A stretch of 63,603 nt of DNA, filler included, from Reticulomyxa filosa (Eukaryota; Protista; Foraminifera), in assembly GCA_000512085.1 (NCBI GenBank). It is 17 parts of 17 records of this genome, joined end to end, with 100 filler letters (N's around TTAATTAATTAA, not from the genome) between each part and the next. Parts side by side here need not be neighbours in the genome. Positions count along the whole stretch, not along the records: positions 12,467 to 20,112 come from ASPP01019172.1; positions 20,213 to 23,365 come from ASPP01025388.1; positions 23,466 to 31,967 come from ASPP01007270.1; 14 more parts are not named here. One strand, 5' to 3'. Positions 12,987 through 25,379 of the stretch are shown piece by piece. The first letter of the stretch is position 1; the number at the start of each line of letters is the position of its first letter. Under the pieces are notes generated by a model, which was given only the letters and a program-made list of their open reading frames with translations, did not search any database and was not told where the DNA came from. Position numbers and translations under genes: made by a program.

Positions 12987-13687
12987 TATTATTATTGTTA
13001 TAAATACAATGAAATTATTATGTCTTTTTGATATCCAAAATAAAATAAAAATAAAAGGATGGAAGTTTTGATTTCAGTGAAGTGGATGTGCTGATGGCAG
13101 GCTACGTTCACAAAAGAGGAAGTTGGAATACCAATTGGAGCCGACGCTATTTTCGACTTCGAAACGACTGCTGCTTATATTACTCTGACGATGCACACAA
13201 CACGTCAATGTACAAGGGCGTCATTCCCTTAAAATCAATCGTGCGTATGGCAATGGCAAGCGATCCTAAATTTGATTATGCTTTTTCATTGGAAACCAAG
13301 CCGAGAGTGTACCATTTGGCTTGTGTCAGCCAATCCGATCGCATGGATTGGATGAGTACCATTGCCTGCTTGATGACTTCGCCGTTGCAAATCGAACGGC
13401 CTGTGCAGGCACCCGGACGAACTTTTCAAGAGAGAAAGGCACAATTGCAGCAATTTCAACAATTGCAACGAGAGCGACAATCGCAACAAACCACTAACTC
13501 GACTGTCACCGAGCCAACCAAAAATGATTCCAATCATAAACGCAGATATTCCGCTGATGTTTCGACCAATTTTCAAAAAAGTTCCACCAATCAAAGCCAA
13601 AACTCACAGTATAAATTTAGCAATTCTTTTCAACGAAGTTTTTTGGCATTGTTAGGAGTGGATAAAGATCACCAGAACACGCAATAA
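12608..13687 (+). CDS. Tudor/Agenet(chromo-barrel)-like + PH-domain protein (intron 12929-13057)
   Basis: FQIGLRIDALD...WYSAQV...VWVKYDGFESRWNDWI; PH domain GYVHKRGSW..NWSRRYF.L...KGVIPL...RMDWMSTI; phase-0 intron joins the two. Confidence 0.85.
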
Positions 13688-14224
13688 TATCTTTTTTTTC
13701 TTCTTCCTCTTCTTTCAATGTCAAGAAACGAATGTTTAAAAAAAAAAATACGTTTTAAACTTCTAGTATCTTTGGAAAAACGTCGTTTGTTCTTTTCAGT
13801 CTTTTGTTTATTGTGAATGGGTTGTATGTTGTGTTTAGATCACTTTGGTAAATCAATTTATAATTAATTATTTCATCGACAATTTTAAATGTTTCTATTT
13901 ACTCACTTTCTTCAAACAGTCAAAACGATTATACGCAGGGAATTAGCAACATTGGGCCCCTTGCTATCGCGAAATACTTATCAGGTTTCGTGACTCCATC
14001 ATTTTCATTTGAAACATTTCCGAATCAACACACTATCACTCACATAAAACGGCAGTTTCAAAAGCCCCCAAAACAAAAAATTTACAAAAAAGCGAGAAGA
14101 ACTTCAATGGTTGTTTCTAGTTTGCACTCTAACGCACAATAGAGCCACTCGTTACAAAACGTGACCAACTTTTGCAGGGTGAACCGGTTCAAATTGTTCT
14201 TTTGTTGGTGTGCATAATAAGAAA

Positions 14225-17200
14225 TGGAACATCCTTCTCCCAGCCCCGAAGCAATGGATTTGGATACGAAGCCGTCCTTGACACTCGATAATTCCGCAAC
14301 TATTGATGAACACAACTCGGAGCCCAATACAGTTGACAAAAAAAAGCAAAAGGACAAAAAGTTTTTGAAATTTGAGTTGAAAAGAGTGTAAATTATTGAC
14401 AAATGTTGAAAAAATAAAAACAAAAAATAGCAACTAGAGCAAGAACATCAGTAAAACAAGAACTACAGAACTTTTTTGAAAAGATGGAAACAGTAAAGAG
14501 AAAATTGAAAGAGATAAAAGAAGATTTCGAAAAAGAACAAATGGCATTATTGAGAGAATTTGCAATGAAATCGTTGCAATTAATGGAACGTCACAATAAC
14601 TCATTGAAACCAATCCATCGAAGATTATCTACAGCAAAACAACCTTTGTGTGACATTTTTATCAGTTACTTGGAAATGGAAGAGGAGAAAAAAAAACAGG
14701 GACGACAAAAAGGAACAGAAACAGAACAAAGCAACACACACGCAACAAAAAAAAAAAAAAAAAAAAAAAGATAAATACGTGAGCATTCCCTGTGATGAGC
14801 TAGAACGATTGGCAAAAAAAAACAATCCACTTGCAAAGCGATGGGGAATGGCAAGGGGATTTATGAACTTGCACAACCAATCAAAATTGAAATTGAAGTA
14901 TTTTGCATTGGGTGTTCCCAGCGCACCCAATCAACCAGTGAAACAAACACCCGAGTCCACGATGGCCGTCGAATGCGATCCCACTCCTTCTTCACAGCTT
15001 ACGTATGTTGTTTGAAATAGATTGCGTAAACGTCAAGTGTGACTGTGACAATGACCCCATGGCAATGCACGAAATACAAACACAGAAAAGAAAAAACGTT
15101 GGAAAATGTAGAAAGCGTAAGCAAAGGGCAAATCGATATTGTGTTGGATCACGTCAATGGCGTAAGAAATGAAAAACGAAAACAAAGCAATTTATTGGCC
15201 GCCAAAGAACGAGCTGAGCAATTGAGACTTCAAAAGCAACAGCAACGACAAGTCGCTGCTCTTTCCATTGCAGAAATGGTGCCTTGGATTACATCCGAGC
15301 AAGCCATTGCTTTATTGGTATTGTTCTATCTTACATATCCATATATTGTATATGTGAATAATAAATATATACATATTTATATGAATATGTATGTATATAT
15401 TTATGTGTATTGATTGGCTCAACGAAAGTTACAAATATCCAATTTCGAAAAAAAAAACAAACAAAAAAAAAAACTCAATGGAAATAGGAAATGAAAAACA
15501 ACGTGCAGCGAGCCATCGAATATTGTATGTCGACAGAACCAACAGAGGTGTGTGATGTGATATCGAATTACATGGCAAGGCAAAGCGAGACGGAGACCTC
15601 TTTGGACAACGATTCGCTGATTGGAGTGCGGTCACATTTGGATAAGCGCGTGTTAACCCGCAATCAAACGGATGGCCTCCCCAAATCAGTGACGTTTCAA
15701 GTGACGGAAATCGACGATGACGGATTAGTGCAATTGCGAGGAGTGTTGGATCGAAACCAGATCCCATTGAACCCTCAACGCTCGCCGGTGCTTTTATTGC
15801 CGTTGCAAGAGTTAATCCACTCGAACAACCACTTTGTTGCCGATGAAGTGGTTCAGTGTTATTGCCAATGCAATATTCTCAAAGTTGTATTTCAGGTATG
15901 TTTCCATTTCCATTTTCATTTCCGTTTCCATTTGGTCTCGTTTGTGTCTTTTACTGTTCTTGACTGGCCTTAAAATTCACGCGACCAAACACACAACACG
16001 TGTGACAGACCATACACGCGCAAGATCCTCTTCAATGGATAGAGGCTGATGCGGTGCATCTTGGATATGGAGCCAGGGCGCAAGCTGCACTTGAGGCAAG
16101 GATACAGCATTCCGAGGACCAAGACCAAACAGAGTTCACTCCCATTTCATTGGTCCCAAATGTGCGTGAGTTGGAATATAAATTTGACTTTGACAATCAT
16201 CACGATGATGGTATGCAATTGGGAGATCACAGCTTAAAATTGGTATCGCATATTATGGATGGGCCTGTATTGTTTGAAGGAAAGTATGACGACGGCTCGT
16301 TGGGGTTGGTTGGAACGATGCTCACCGATTCTCCTGTGGAGTTGTTCACTCAAGTGATTGACGAGGAAACACACAATATTATCATGATTTTAATCGACGA
16401 TATTCGCGACAATATCGCTATCGAAGTCAAAAACCTTACTCATCTCAACCACTTGACGTTACAAGATTGCATGAATGAATTCAATCGTGATGCCTTGGGT
16501 CACAAACTATCTTATCGTATCGTTGTCAAAGACAGCCATGTCATTGCTATTTTGGCTCCTTTGGGTGACGAAATCAAGCAGGTTGCTTTCTTTGTTTTCA
16601 TTTTGCTTCTCTTTTTTTTTTCTTTCAGACCAATTCAATCAATAAATAGGTACTATCAAATCAACAATAATAGTTGCCTTTTTTGGAGCGTCATGTCCCT
16701 CCTCAAGGAAGTCTCGTCAAGGTTCAGAACGGTAACCGTGTTGCAATTGTTAACAATATTCCAACAGGTCTTATTGTTACTAATAATCCCAAAGATGAGT
16801 TGAGTGTAATTTCCTGCAAACAGTAATTGAAACACTGGCACCTGCAAATTTGACTTTTTACACACATACTCTCAAGTTTTCAAACAAAAGAACTGCTGTT
16901 TCCACGAGAAGAGTCGATTCTGTTCCGCAAACACGTAGCAGATTTACATGGATTTATTGACTGTGAAGTAATTTGTCAAAATGGACAATGGATGCTAGAA
17001 AAGTCCGATCGAAAAGCTTTTAACGTTACTGAATTGGAGCTAGGTTAACTCTGTCGTAAGCAAACCAAAACAATAACATTGAAAAGAAAGGGAAAAAAAA
17101 AGCATATTGTTTGGTTTGTTTTAAAAGCGGATGATGATATTCAAAATGAGTATCTCCACATCAAAGAATCGTTCGAATCCGAAGTAAGCAATAATTTTAT

Positions 17201-17462
17201 GGCACTATTAGGAAAAATTTCTAGTATTGTGCAACGTTTGCAAGATAAGTTATACGCTGATATTAATGAATCCAACAATGCGTTGAAGGAAGCAAATGAA
17301 ATTTTGCAAACAGTGAAAAACATGAAAAACATGTTGGCCCAAAAAAATAAAGACCAAAACGTAGATCCTCAAATTACAGCAATGCTAAATGACTCACAAT
17401 CCAAAATTACCACATTAGAAAGAGAATTACGTGCTCTTCGTTTTGAAGCAAACATGTCATAG
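14225..17462 (+). CDS. Large multi-exon hypothetical protein with coiled coils and a probable CUE/UBA-like motif
   Basis: Chain of coding-like plus-strand exons; IAEMVPWITSEQAIALL / MKNNVQRAIEYC resembles CUE/UBA; C-terminal heptad coiled coil. Exon boundaries approximate. Confidence 0.5.
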
Positions 17463-17856
17463 CTTATATAATTTGTTACTTACTTTTTGTGGCTTTATGA
17501 TTGTTTTGTGGTTATTAATTTGTCTCGTTCGGTTCGGAGTGCTGAACAAAAATGTTTCACACATTGTTTTGCATACTTTAAAATGCATTGTCAAAGCATT
17601 GTCACACTCACATATAATCCTTGTATTTTTTCTTTTTTAAAAGTCAATCAATCCGGATATGTGATAAAAGAATTTATTGAGTAACGTTTTTTACTACAGT
17701 TCTTAAAACATACATCATTCACAAAATTTGATAAAACAAATTTGAATGACAGGATCAAGATATAGAGGATAATGGAAGCGATCTTTCAATTTTAGTTTTC
17801 AAAAAGTTAATTTATGGTAAAACAGAGTGCAAAAACAACGACAAAAAAAAGCAAAC

Positions 17857-20045
17857 TTACATTTTCCTGCGCTGATAAAACAAAATATACGCTTCTTGTC
17901 TATTAAAGCCTGTTGAAGGGATCACATAACTATCCGAAATGTGATACCAACGGTTCTTGAAAAGGACATCGGCAGTGTAGTGACCATCTGTCCACAAAAT
18001 ATTAATAATTTTTTTTTTGGAATTGGAAATGCACATAGTATTTGAGGACAAACACCTAACAATGAAGAGTTCCAGAGTGGTTGACAACTCCATACAAATC
18101 ATAAATGTATTTCTTTTGACCTTTTTCTTTCTCACAATGTACCATCGATGTCAAGTCAAAACCTTCACTGGGAAATTGTACAGGATCCGTGATTTTCCGA
18201 TACCCATGCGCGTCAAATCTTTTTAGCCCAACAATCAAGATATCTGGTAATGTCCATAAATCCAATTTTTTGATGCTTCTGTTTGATGTTTTTTGCATTT
18301 AGGACAAAACCATGGGTTATTTTCGTCCAAAAACTCTTTTTCGACAAACAATCCAAAACATTCCTCCAGTTTATTTACGGTACTGTCTTGTGACATCTGC
18401 ATGAGTCATATCACGTGCCACAAAAGATCAAGCGCTAAACAAAAGTATCCAATGTCTTACAACAACTACAAAGAGATAAAAAAATTTTGTTTGAAACCTT
18501 TGGTATAAAAGAATCTTGCAACGGCAAACTGTAAACAGCATTTTTCGGCCTTTCATTTTCATTCGATTGTGTATGGTTCTGAATTTTATTAATTCCATTT
18601 GATGTTTTTTCATCTTTCGTTCCATTTGAATAAAAATCTTCTTCATTTGCATTCATTTGGTCTAGTTGGGATTGAATTTGCTATAAAAAATATTTTTTAA
18701 TTAATTCTGCAATATCATTACCAAAGTGCGCGTGAAAAGGACATACCTCATTTATTTGTTCAAAGATCTTTGCTTTCTCACAAAAAAATGAATAACCCTT
18801 GTAAGGCATAACCACAGTAATAAATTGAAAATGCTTTATAAATTCGTCAAATGGTGTTTCCCATCTCTGTTCAGAATACTCTCTTTGCCAACTTTCAAAT
18901 TGAGTAGAAAATTCTTCCCATTCTTCATAGTCACTGCCATCAAAATTCGATGAGGAAGGTTGTATCCATAGTTTATACTCAAGATTTTCAGCTGATATCA
19001 CCAAATTGGTACGATTTTTGATCATTTTTTCCAACTTTTCTTTTAGTAAAGAATCCTTTTTCAATAGGTTATTGATTTGGGATGGTTGCAAGTACATAAG
19101 TCGTGGCACACTCATTCGTTCACATTTTGAGTTGAATGAATTTGGAATTTTGTAATAAAAAGATATCTGAAATGACCTTATTCTTTCCAATTCACCTGTT
19201 CCAGTTTCTACACAATTATTTGGAACTTCCACTGCAAACAATTGATACAATCCGCCTTCGGAATAATTCCTCATATTTACAACTAACTCACTTTTGTTAC
19301 TTAATTCAAAATTTTTGTTTTTGTGTTTTTCAAATTGGCTCACAGACATGTATTGTTCGTTCGCCCCTAAAACACACAGCAACAATCGCTCAGTCGTATC
19401 TGACATTTGTATTTATTTTGAGCCATTTTCATTTCAATTCAAAACGATTGAAACGGACAAGATATATTCCTAACTGGTGTAATCGCTGGCATTTGAATCA
19501 AATTCCTGTTGTGATTGTGTCAGTATTTTTTTTCTTTGCAACAATTGATTTCGAATTTTGAAAACAATTTGCTTTCTCATTTGGTTCCACGACATTGGAG
19601 AGGGATCAATGACAATATGCATATCAAAAGGAAGAACCCCATATGAGTATGGAACATATTTGATCGACAGTCTAAGGAGTGAATTTGACTTTGTGAGATT
19701 TACAGGAGACCTTTGTACCAAAGGTCTGTACAGTGACTTTCTCAAGTGCTTGAAGCTGCGTACCGGTAGCAACAAATGCATGAAAGGGTCAAAGGTTATG
19801 CTTACAAAATGACAACAAGGACATCTCACCGTGGAACGGAGCATTCCCCCAAATAACTCTTCAATATGGCTCTTATTCCTTTGGAGATGGAGATCGCGTC
19901 GATGTTGGGCATACTCGGTTTGGAACTCAAGACGGTACATGTTCGACTCGTCCTCCTTCTCGTAGTTTTTGTGAAACCATTGATCAAAATCGGGGATATT
20001 TAAGTACGGTTTTTGTGTGACCTGATTTAGATCTTCGTGCAACGC
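17857..20045 (-). CDS. Ubiquitin carboxyl-terminal hydrolase (USP/C19, USP4/11/15-like), 5' truncated by contig end
   Basis: LHEDLN..KPY, LFGG.LRSTVRC..C..VSITFDPF, WFCPKC, LPDILIVGLKRF, YDLYGVVNH, GHYTA (His box), WYHISDS, AYILFY. Confidence 0.92.
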
Positions 20046-20212
20046 TGCTCCCATCCCAATGGTAAGTGCATGTGAATTGAGTTATTTGTTTATTATTATT
20101 ATTATTATTATTNNNNNNNNNNNNNNNNNNNNNNNNNNNNNNNNNNNNNNNNNNNNTTAATTAATTAANNNNNNNNNNNNNNNNNNNNNNNNNNNNNNNN
20201 NNNNNNNNNNNN

Positions 20213-20250
20213 ATGATAATTGATTTTCTCAATGAAAAATCAATTATCAT
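20213..20250. repeat. Perfect 15-bp inverted repeat with 8-nt spacer
   Basis: ATGATAATTGATTTT-ctcaatga-AAAATCAATTATCAT at contig start. Confidence 0.9.
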
Positions 20251-20679
20251 CATAAGATATGTTTTAGGCGTTCAGTTTTCTTTGCAATATACTGTATATG
20301 GGTATGGTATGCTTCCTGTTTACCGTCAAGTGAGGCTTTAGTGCATCAGCGGTAAGTGGGAGGTACTTGCTACTAATGGAAGGCTTAAGTGCATCAGTAG
20401 CAAAGACATCATATTTGTTAATATGTTTTTGTTATTTTTTAAAGTTATAAAAATAGTAAATATGTAAAAAGTTCAAAAGAAATTGCTGATACGACATTAA
20501 ATATACATTTATTTGTGTCGTCTACATACAAGAAAATTTTTTAAGTAAAAATTAAATAAATAAAAGTATCACTTTAGAACTTTTTTAAAAAAACTTTAAT
20601 CTAGATCATCTTGAAATTTTCAAACAAAAAAAAAGAAGCAATGCAAGACAACCAAAGCATAGTAACTTCATATTACAAT

Positions 20680-21050
20680 AAAGGCTAGTTGTTACAAACA
20701 AATAATTCGAAGAAAGAAAGGATTTTATCTGTTCACTTTGTGAACAAGTCGTAGTCAATCCTATGGAATTCAATTGCTCCCAGCACGAAACTATAAATGG
20801 TAATTTAGCTGTTGGTGAGAATTGTTTGAAAGATTTTTAAAAAATAACAACAATGTATGTCCGATCATGAAACATTCTGATTGTAAATATACCAGAACAA
20901 ATTTTTTAAATCAATTAATTGGAAATTTTCCAGTTATGTGCATTAGACAATTTGAACATAATTTAAATGGAAGACCAAAAGATTTACAAGATCATTTGAA
21001 CAATGATTGTCCTTTCAATTAACTGATTGTTGGTTCAAGTCAAGTATGTT
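20680..21050 (+). pseudogene. RING/TRAF-like zinc-finger pseudogene (expanded family)
   Basis: FICSLCEQVVVNPME.NC.QH...VGENCL, frameshift, then NNN.CP...H..C.Y...MC.RQF...DLQDHL.N.CP, with stops. Confidence 0.75.
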
Positions 21051-21099
21051 ACAAATACTAAAAAAGTCCTTTTTTTGGGTGTATGGTTTTTTTTGCAAA

Positions 21100-22230
21100 C
21101 TAATGTTGCCATGCAGATAAAGGCAACAGTGGCATTCGGAAACTAGTGGATCATGTCCAGAACGTGCACACATTGATTTCTGGTCTTGATCTTGGATACT
21201 TTCTGTAACTATATATTGTCCTTGCCAACTCATTCATGGTTCGCAACTTGCGGATGCGACTTTGGACCAGAGAGATTTCCAACAGTTTGCTATCTTTGAT
21301 CCATTTGAAGAAAAACTATGCAGTCATAAATTTCACTGTGCGAACGATACCTTTGTGTATATGCAAATACACAAATGCAATCCGTTCAAACATTTTTCAA
21401 TGGTTTGAAATTTCAATCGTCCCAATGCTTTTTTTTGTTCGTTTTTATATTGAACCAAAAAAAAAATTTGATCATAAAATAATGTATAGCGTAGTAGTCC
21501 AATGGATTATATATAACACAAATCTATTTCCAGTTAAAAGGCCTCAACTTGTGTGACATTGGCTTTGCTTTTTTCGCGTTGCAACAGTCACTCCATCGCA
21601 TCAACGATTCGAGACAAGGTTTCCTTTTTCAAATCACACAAGTGTAGATCACACATAATCGTGCAATAGCAATACATACTCACAATAGCAGCGACTAGTT
21701 AAGCTTTCCACAGTACCGAGAAATCACACGAATATTTTTGATGGGCATATTTAGCTTGCAGTTATCCATTCGTTGCATTAACGCTTCAAAGCCTACTGTA
21801 CGGCCAAATTTGTTCAACGCTGCTACACAAATTGTGTTATTAAAAATTTTTTAATCATTTTCTCTATTTATATTTTTTTAAATTTGATCGAACTCAAATA
21901 TATTAATCCATCATATTTGTTGCTCCATTAATCATAATTGATTTTGATAAGATTGCATGCTTCACCGGTGCGGTGACGTGATCAGTGTACCATTTGTTGA
22001 CGATATGCATTGCGCATCTTACACCGGCATTTTCTCCACTTTGGCATGACCGAAGGACTGAGAAGTTTGTGTCCCCGGTGGTACAAAATGCCCATTAAAC
22101 TCGGACCCAATACGCACGTGTCAATGAATCAATCGGTGCTGGCATTGACGCTGCGACGATTGCTATTCACTGGGTGTGACCCACTTCACATTGTATTCCT
22201 ACGTATTGTTACATACAAGTTATGCTGATG
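21100..22230 (-). pseudogene. Degraded USP9/USP24/USP34-like N-terminal fragment
   Basis: LNKFGRTVGFEALMQRMD (about 21817-21765) and FMTA*FFFKWIKDSKLLEISL (about 21332-21267) recall USP9X segments; many stops and frameshifts. Confidence 0.5.
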
Positions 22231-23056
22231 TCCAAAGCAAACCAGTTAGTTATGCACACACGCTTACATACATATGTATATAATGTTATTTTCATTGGCT
22301 TACCTTCACTTGTGAGTACGTGTGTATGCATGTAGTATGTATTGTGTGATAAAAAAAGAAGTGACGAGAATGATCACAAAAATACTCTCTCCTTTCATGA
22401 GCAATTGGATAATAATTTTCGGTTGATCTGCTAAATCAAAAATTTTTAAAAATAGAATTAATAATATCTGTAATGGTTTAAAATTGAGTTTAATACGCAA
22501 TTAGAAATTAGTTTTGATAAAGTCTTTTCTATTATTTTAACTTTGGATAGAGATATAAATACCTATTACTTTGTTAAGTTGTTTTCATTGCAAAAGTATA
22601 TTTTGACTTTTTGTTATGATCGTTTTGATTTGTACATTCACTTACATGTCCATCTGATTGAAATCGAAAATTTGCATATCCTTGCTTAAGAACATTTATG
22701 GAAATTAACATTGTTGTATCTTCGCCATTTCTAATGAAATATGAAAGTTAACATTAAAGGAATAATTATAAATATGAACACTATTCAAATATCTTACAAT
22801 TTATTCTGAAAAGCATTTCTGCTTACACAGATTTAATACAAAATTTTAAAATAAGTAACCTTTTTTTAATTTCAAAATTTTTGCATTGTAAAATTGCTGC
22901 AAAGATATTTTACAAAATGTAACATTTATCTTTAATTTCAAAATGTTTCTTGTGTACACGTTAGTTCAGTTTTTCCTTTTTTAAACAAAAATTCAACCAT
23001 TTTTCATCTTGCATCATCAAAAAACATATCAAGAAAAAACTAAAAAAAGATCAAGA

Positions 23057-23365
23057 ATGAGCTTAAACTTATCAGAGAAAGTTAAGTCTATGTTGTCTTT
23101 ACGTTTTTATTATTTCTTTATTTATCATGTAATTGAAATAGTCAAAAAAAGAAGAAATCCAAGTCATTATCAATCATTGGATTCGAACATTAAACATTAA
23201 ATTAGGATGGATCAAAGATTTTGATAAATTCGTTGTCAATTATGTTAGTCCATTTGTTCTTTCTTTTATTAAATACTAATCAAAATATTCAAATGTTTAT
23301 TTAACATAGGCATCTACTGTCTTCATGTTTGACACATTTCGTTCATCATCCAAATTAATCAACAC
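23057..23365 (+). CDS. N-terminus of an expanded-family WD40-repeat protein, truncated by contig end (may be a pseudogene)
   Basis: EEIQVIINHWIRTLNIKLGWIKDFDKFVVNY | ASTVFMFDTFRSSSKLINT, the leader I recall preceding WD40 repeats in a large Reticulomyxa family. Confidence 0.75.
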
Positions 23366-23714
23366 NNNNNNNNNNNNNNNNNNNNNNNNNNNNNNNNNNN
23401 NNNNNNNNNTTAATTAATTAANNNNNNNNNNNNNNNNNNNNNNNNNNNNNNNNNNNNNNNNNNNNATATAAAGTCCTTCGAAATTTTTAAAAATCATTTA
23501 AAAAAATCATATTTTTGGTCAACCTAGGAAAAACTTATTATAAAACCAATTTCATATTTAAAAATTACAAGCTTAGTAGATATTTAAAAAAAAAAATTAG
23601 GTTTAAATCTGTATTTTTCATGGAGAAAATCGATTCTCTTCATATAGTGCTATTTAGGTATGTCAGTTTTTTGCAATATACTTTATTTGTTTTTAAAATT
23701 TAATTCAAGTTTAC

Positions 23715-24080
23715 CAACGTGTTATTCTACTTTGGTTTTTTTAACTTTTTATATTCTCTTTGGCATCGACTCTATTAAGGTTTCACAAATGTTTATTTCT
23801 GTTTCGAATTTGTTCCAAAGTTCTTATGTGGTATTAAATGGTCCTTTTTTGTGAATTCTTGTCTTTACTATTTCATAATTTTTTCCGATTTATAGCATGT
23901 TGCATTATCTTGCTGGAAAATCCAATGCTCTTTTTTTTCTAAGCAGAAATTTACGCTCTTTAGCATTTCGTCAGATAAAATATATATATATGTATATCAG
24001 TATTTACTCCACCTTGCAAGTGTAAACTGTTCATAATGCTCCAAAACATGATCAGACTAAAATGCTTTCAACACTAAATA
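23715..24080 (-). mobile_element. Tc1-like DDE transposase relic with internal deletions
   Basis: SILV*SCFG (VMVWGCF motif), GVNT...IL, WIFQQDNATC (second catalytic Asp), then ELW...CETLIESMPKRI; the WP..SPDLNPIE block is absent; stops present. Confidence 0.85.
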
Positions 24081-24712
24081 TTGCTTTTCTTGTTATTGAA
24101 TTTTCATCTAATTGTTGTCAATCAATATTTCGACAGCAAAATAATCAAAATGACAAAAATCAATATCAAATACCTAAAAAAGAAAGTTTCAAAAATTGTT
24201 TTAAAAAAATTAGGAAATTTCATGACTGAGAAAAAAATGATTGTCAACTTTTTTAAAGAAATTTTACCAAATCAAATGAAAGATTAAATTTTTGAAAAAA
24301 TTTGAAAGACTTATTAAAAAACCAAAATGATATTAAAAACTACACGATTCGTAGATATTTTTAAAAAATTTTTGATTAAATGTTGTTTTTTCATGTAGAA
24401 ACACAATAATCTCTATAAGGTGGCATTTTAGGTGTCAACTTTCTTTTTTATCCTAATGTAGTAAAAATTGATTTTTCGATCAATTAAATTGATAGATGCT
24501 TATGATTGAGGAAATATTTTTATCAACTGATTTTCTGCAAATCGATTTTCCATTTTCTGTCTAATAAAAAAGGAACAATTACTTTATTCCAAACTGATTC
24601 CAATTTTGACACTTTTACACTACACTGACTGATTAACTTGAAAGCGAATTACTTTTTGTTTTTAAGAATATATATTTGCTTTTGCGGTTATCGGATATTC
24701 TAATATTGATCG

Positions 24713-24941
24713 TGTAGGGCAAGTCCCTGTAAGTGTCTGAACGTCAATGGAATGGAGGAATCCCATTAGGTTAAACTTCCTCAACGACCTATTCCTTACT
24801 TTCTTACTTTTATTTACTTTTCTTTTGTTATCTTGTTTTATTATTTAAATTACTTTCGTTTTACGAAACTCTGATTCTCTTCTAAGTAAACACCTGTCGT
24901 ATTACAGTTAGTGCACCAATACTATCAACAGACGTCCCACA
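24713..24941 (+). mobile_element. Solo-LTR-like repeat, copy 2, with 4-bp target-site duplication ATCG
   Basis: ATCG|TGTAGGGC...GTCCCACA|ATCG; shares GGTTAAAC, the T-rich middle and TCGTATTACA with the other copies. Confidence 0.85.
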
Positions 24942-25379
24942 ATCGCAAATACATAATTATGCAAGATGATTGAATAACCAACAAATCCTTAATAATTACC
25001 CATCTAATCAAACAAGATATTAAGAAATGACTATAAAAGATTTCAAAATTCATTGATATACGTTAATATATAATTATTGATTAAAGATAGTGATATTTTA
25101 TTTTTGATTTCAATTTTCAATTTAATTGTCAATTTTTCATCTAAAGCATTCTACCAACAGTCCACCATTGGACCGGGTCAAACAGTTGCCCTGGTAAGAG
25201 CCTGACAACACAGCCCCAACTCCTATTATGTTACTACCTAGAGATAGTACCAAACATTTATGTCCTAATTCGTGTACCGCGTATAATTTCGTGCATCACT
25301 TATTATTCAGTTTTTAGCTTTTTGCAGGGGAGTTAAATTTTGCCTTCAAAGAAAAGATCAGTCATAGATTCGAAGCAGG

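Noticed and set aside
20213-20250. Resemblance to a bacterial Fur box
   Set aside because: Context is eukaryotic with no bacterial gene nearby; kept only as a palindrome.
25245-25300. Possible pogo/Tc1 terminal inverted repeat (TAATT(T)CGTG twice)
   Set aside because: No matching inverted partner found in the contig.
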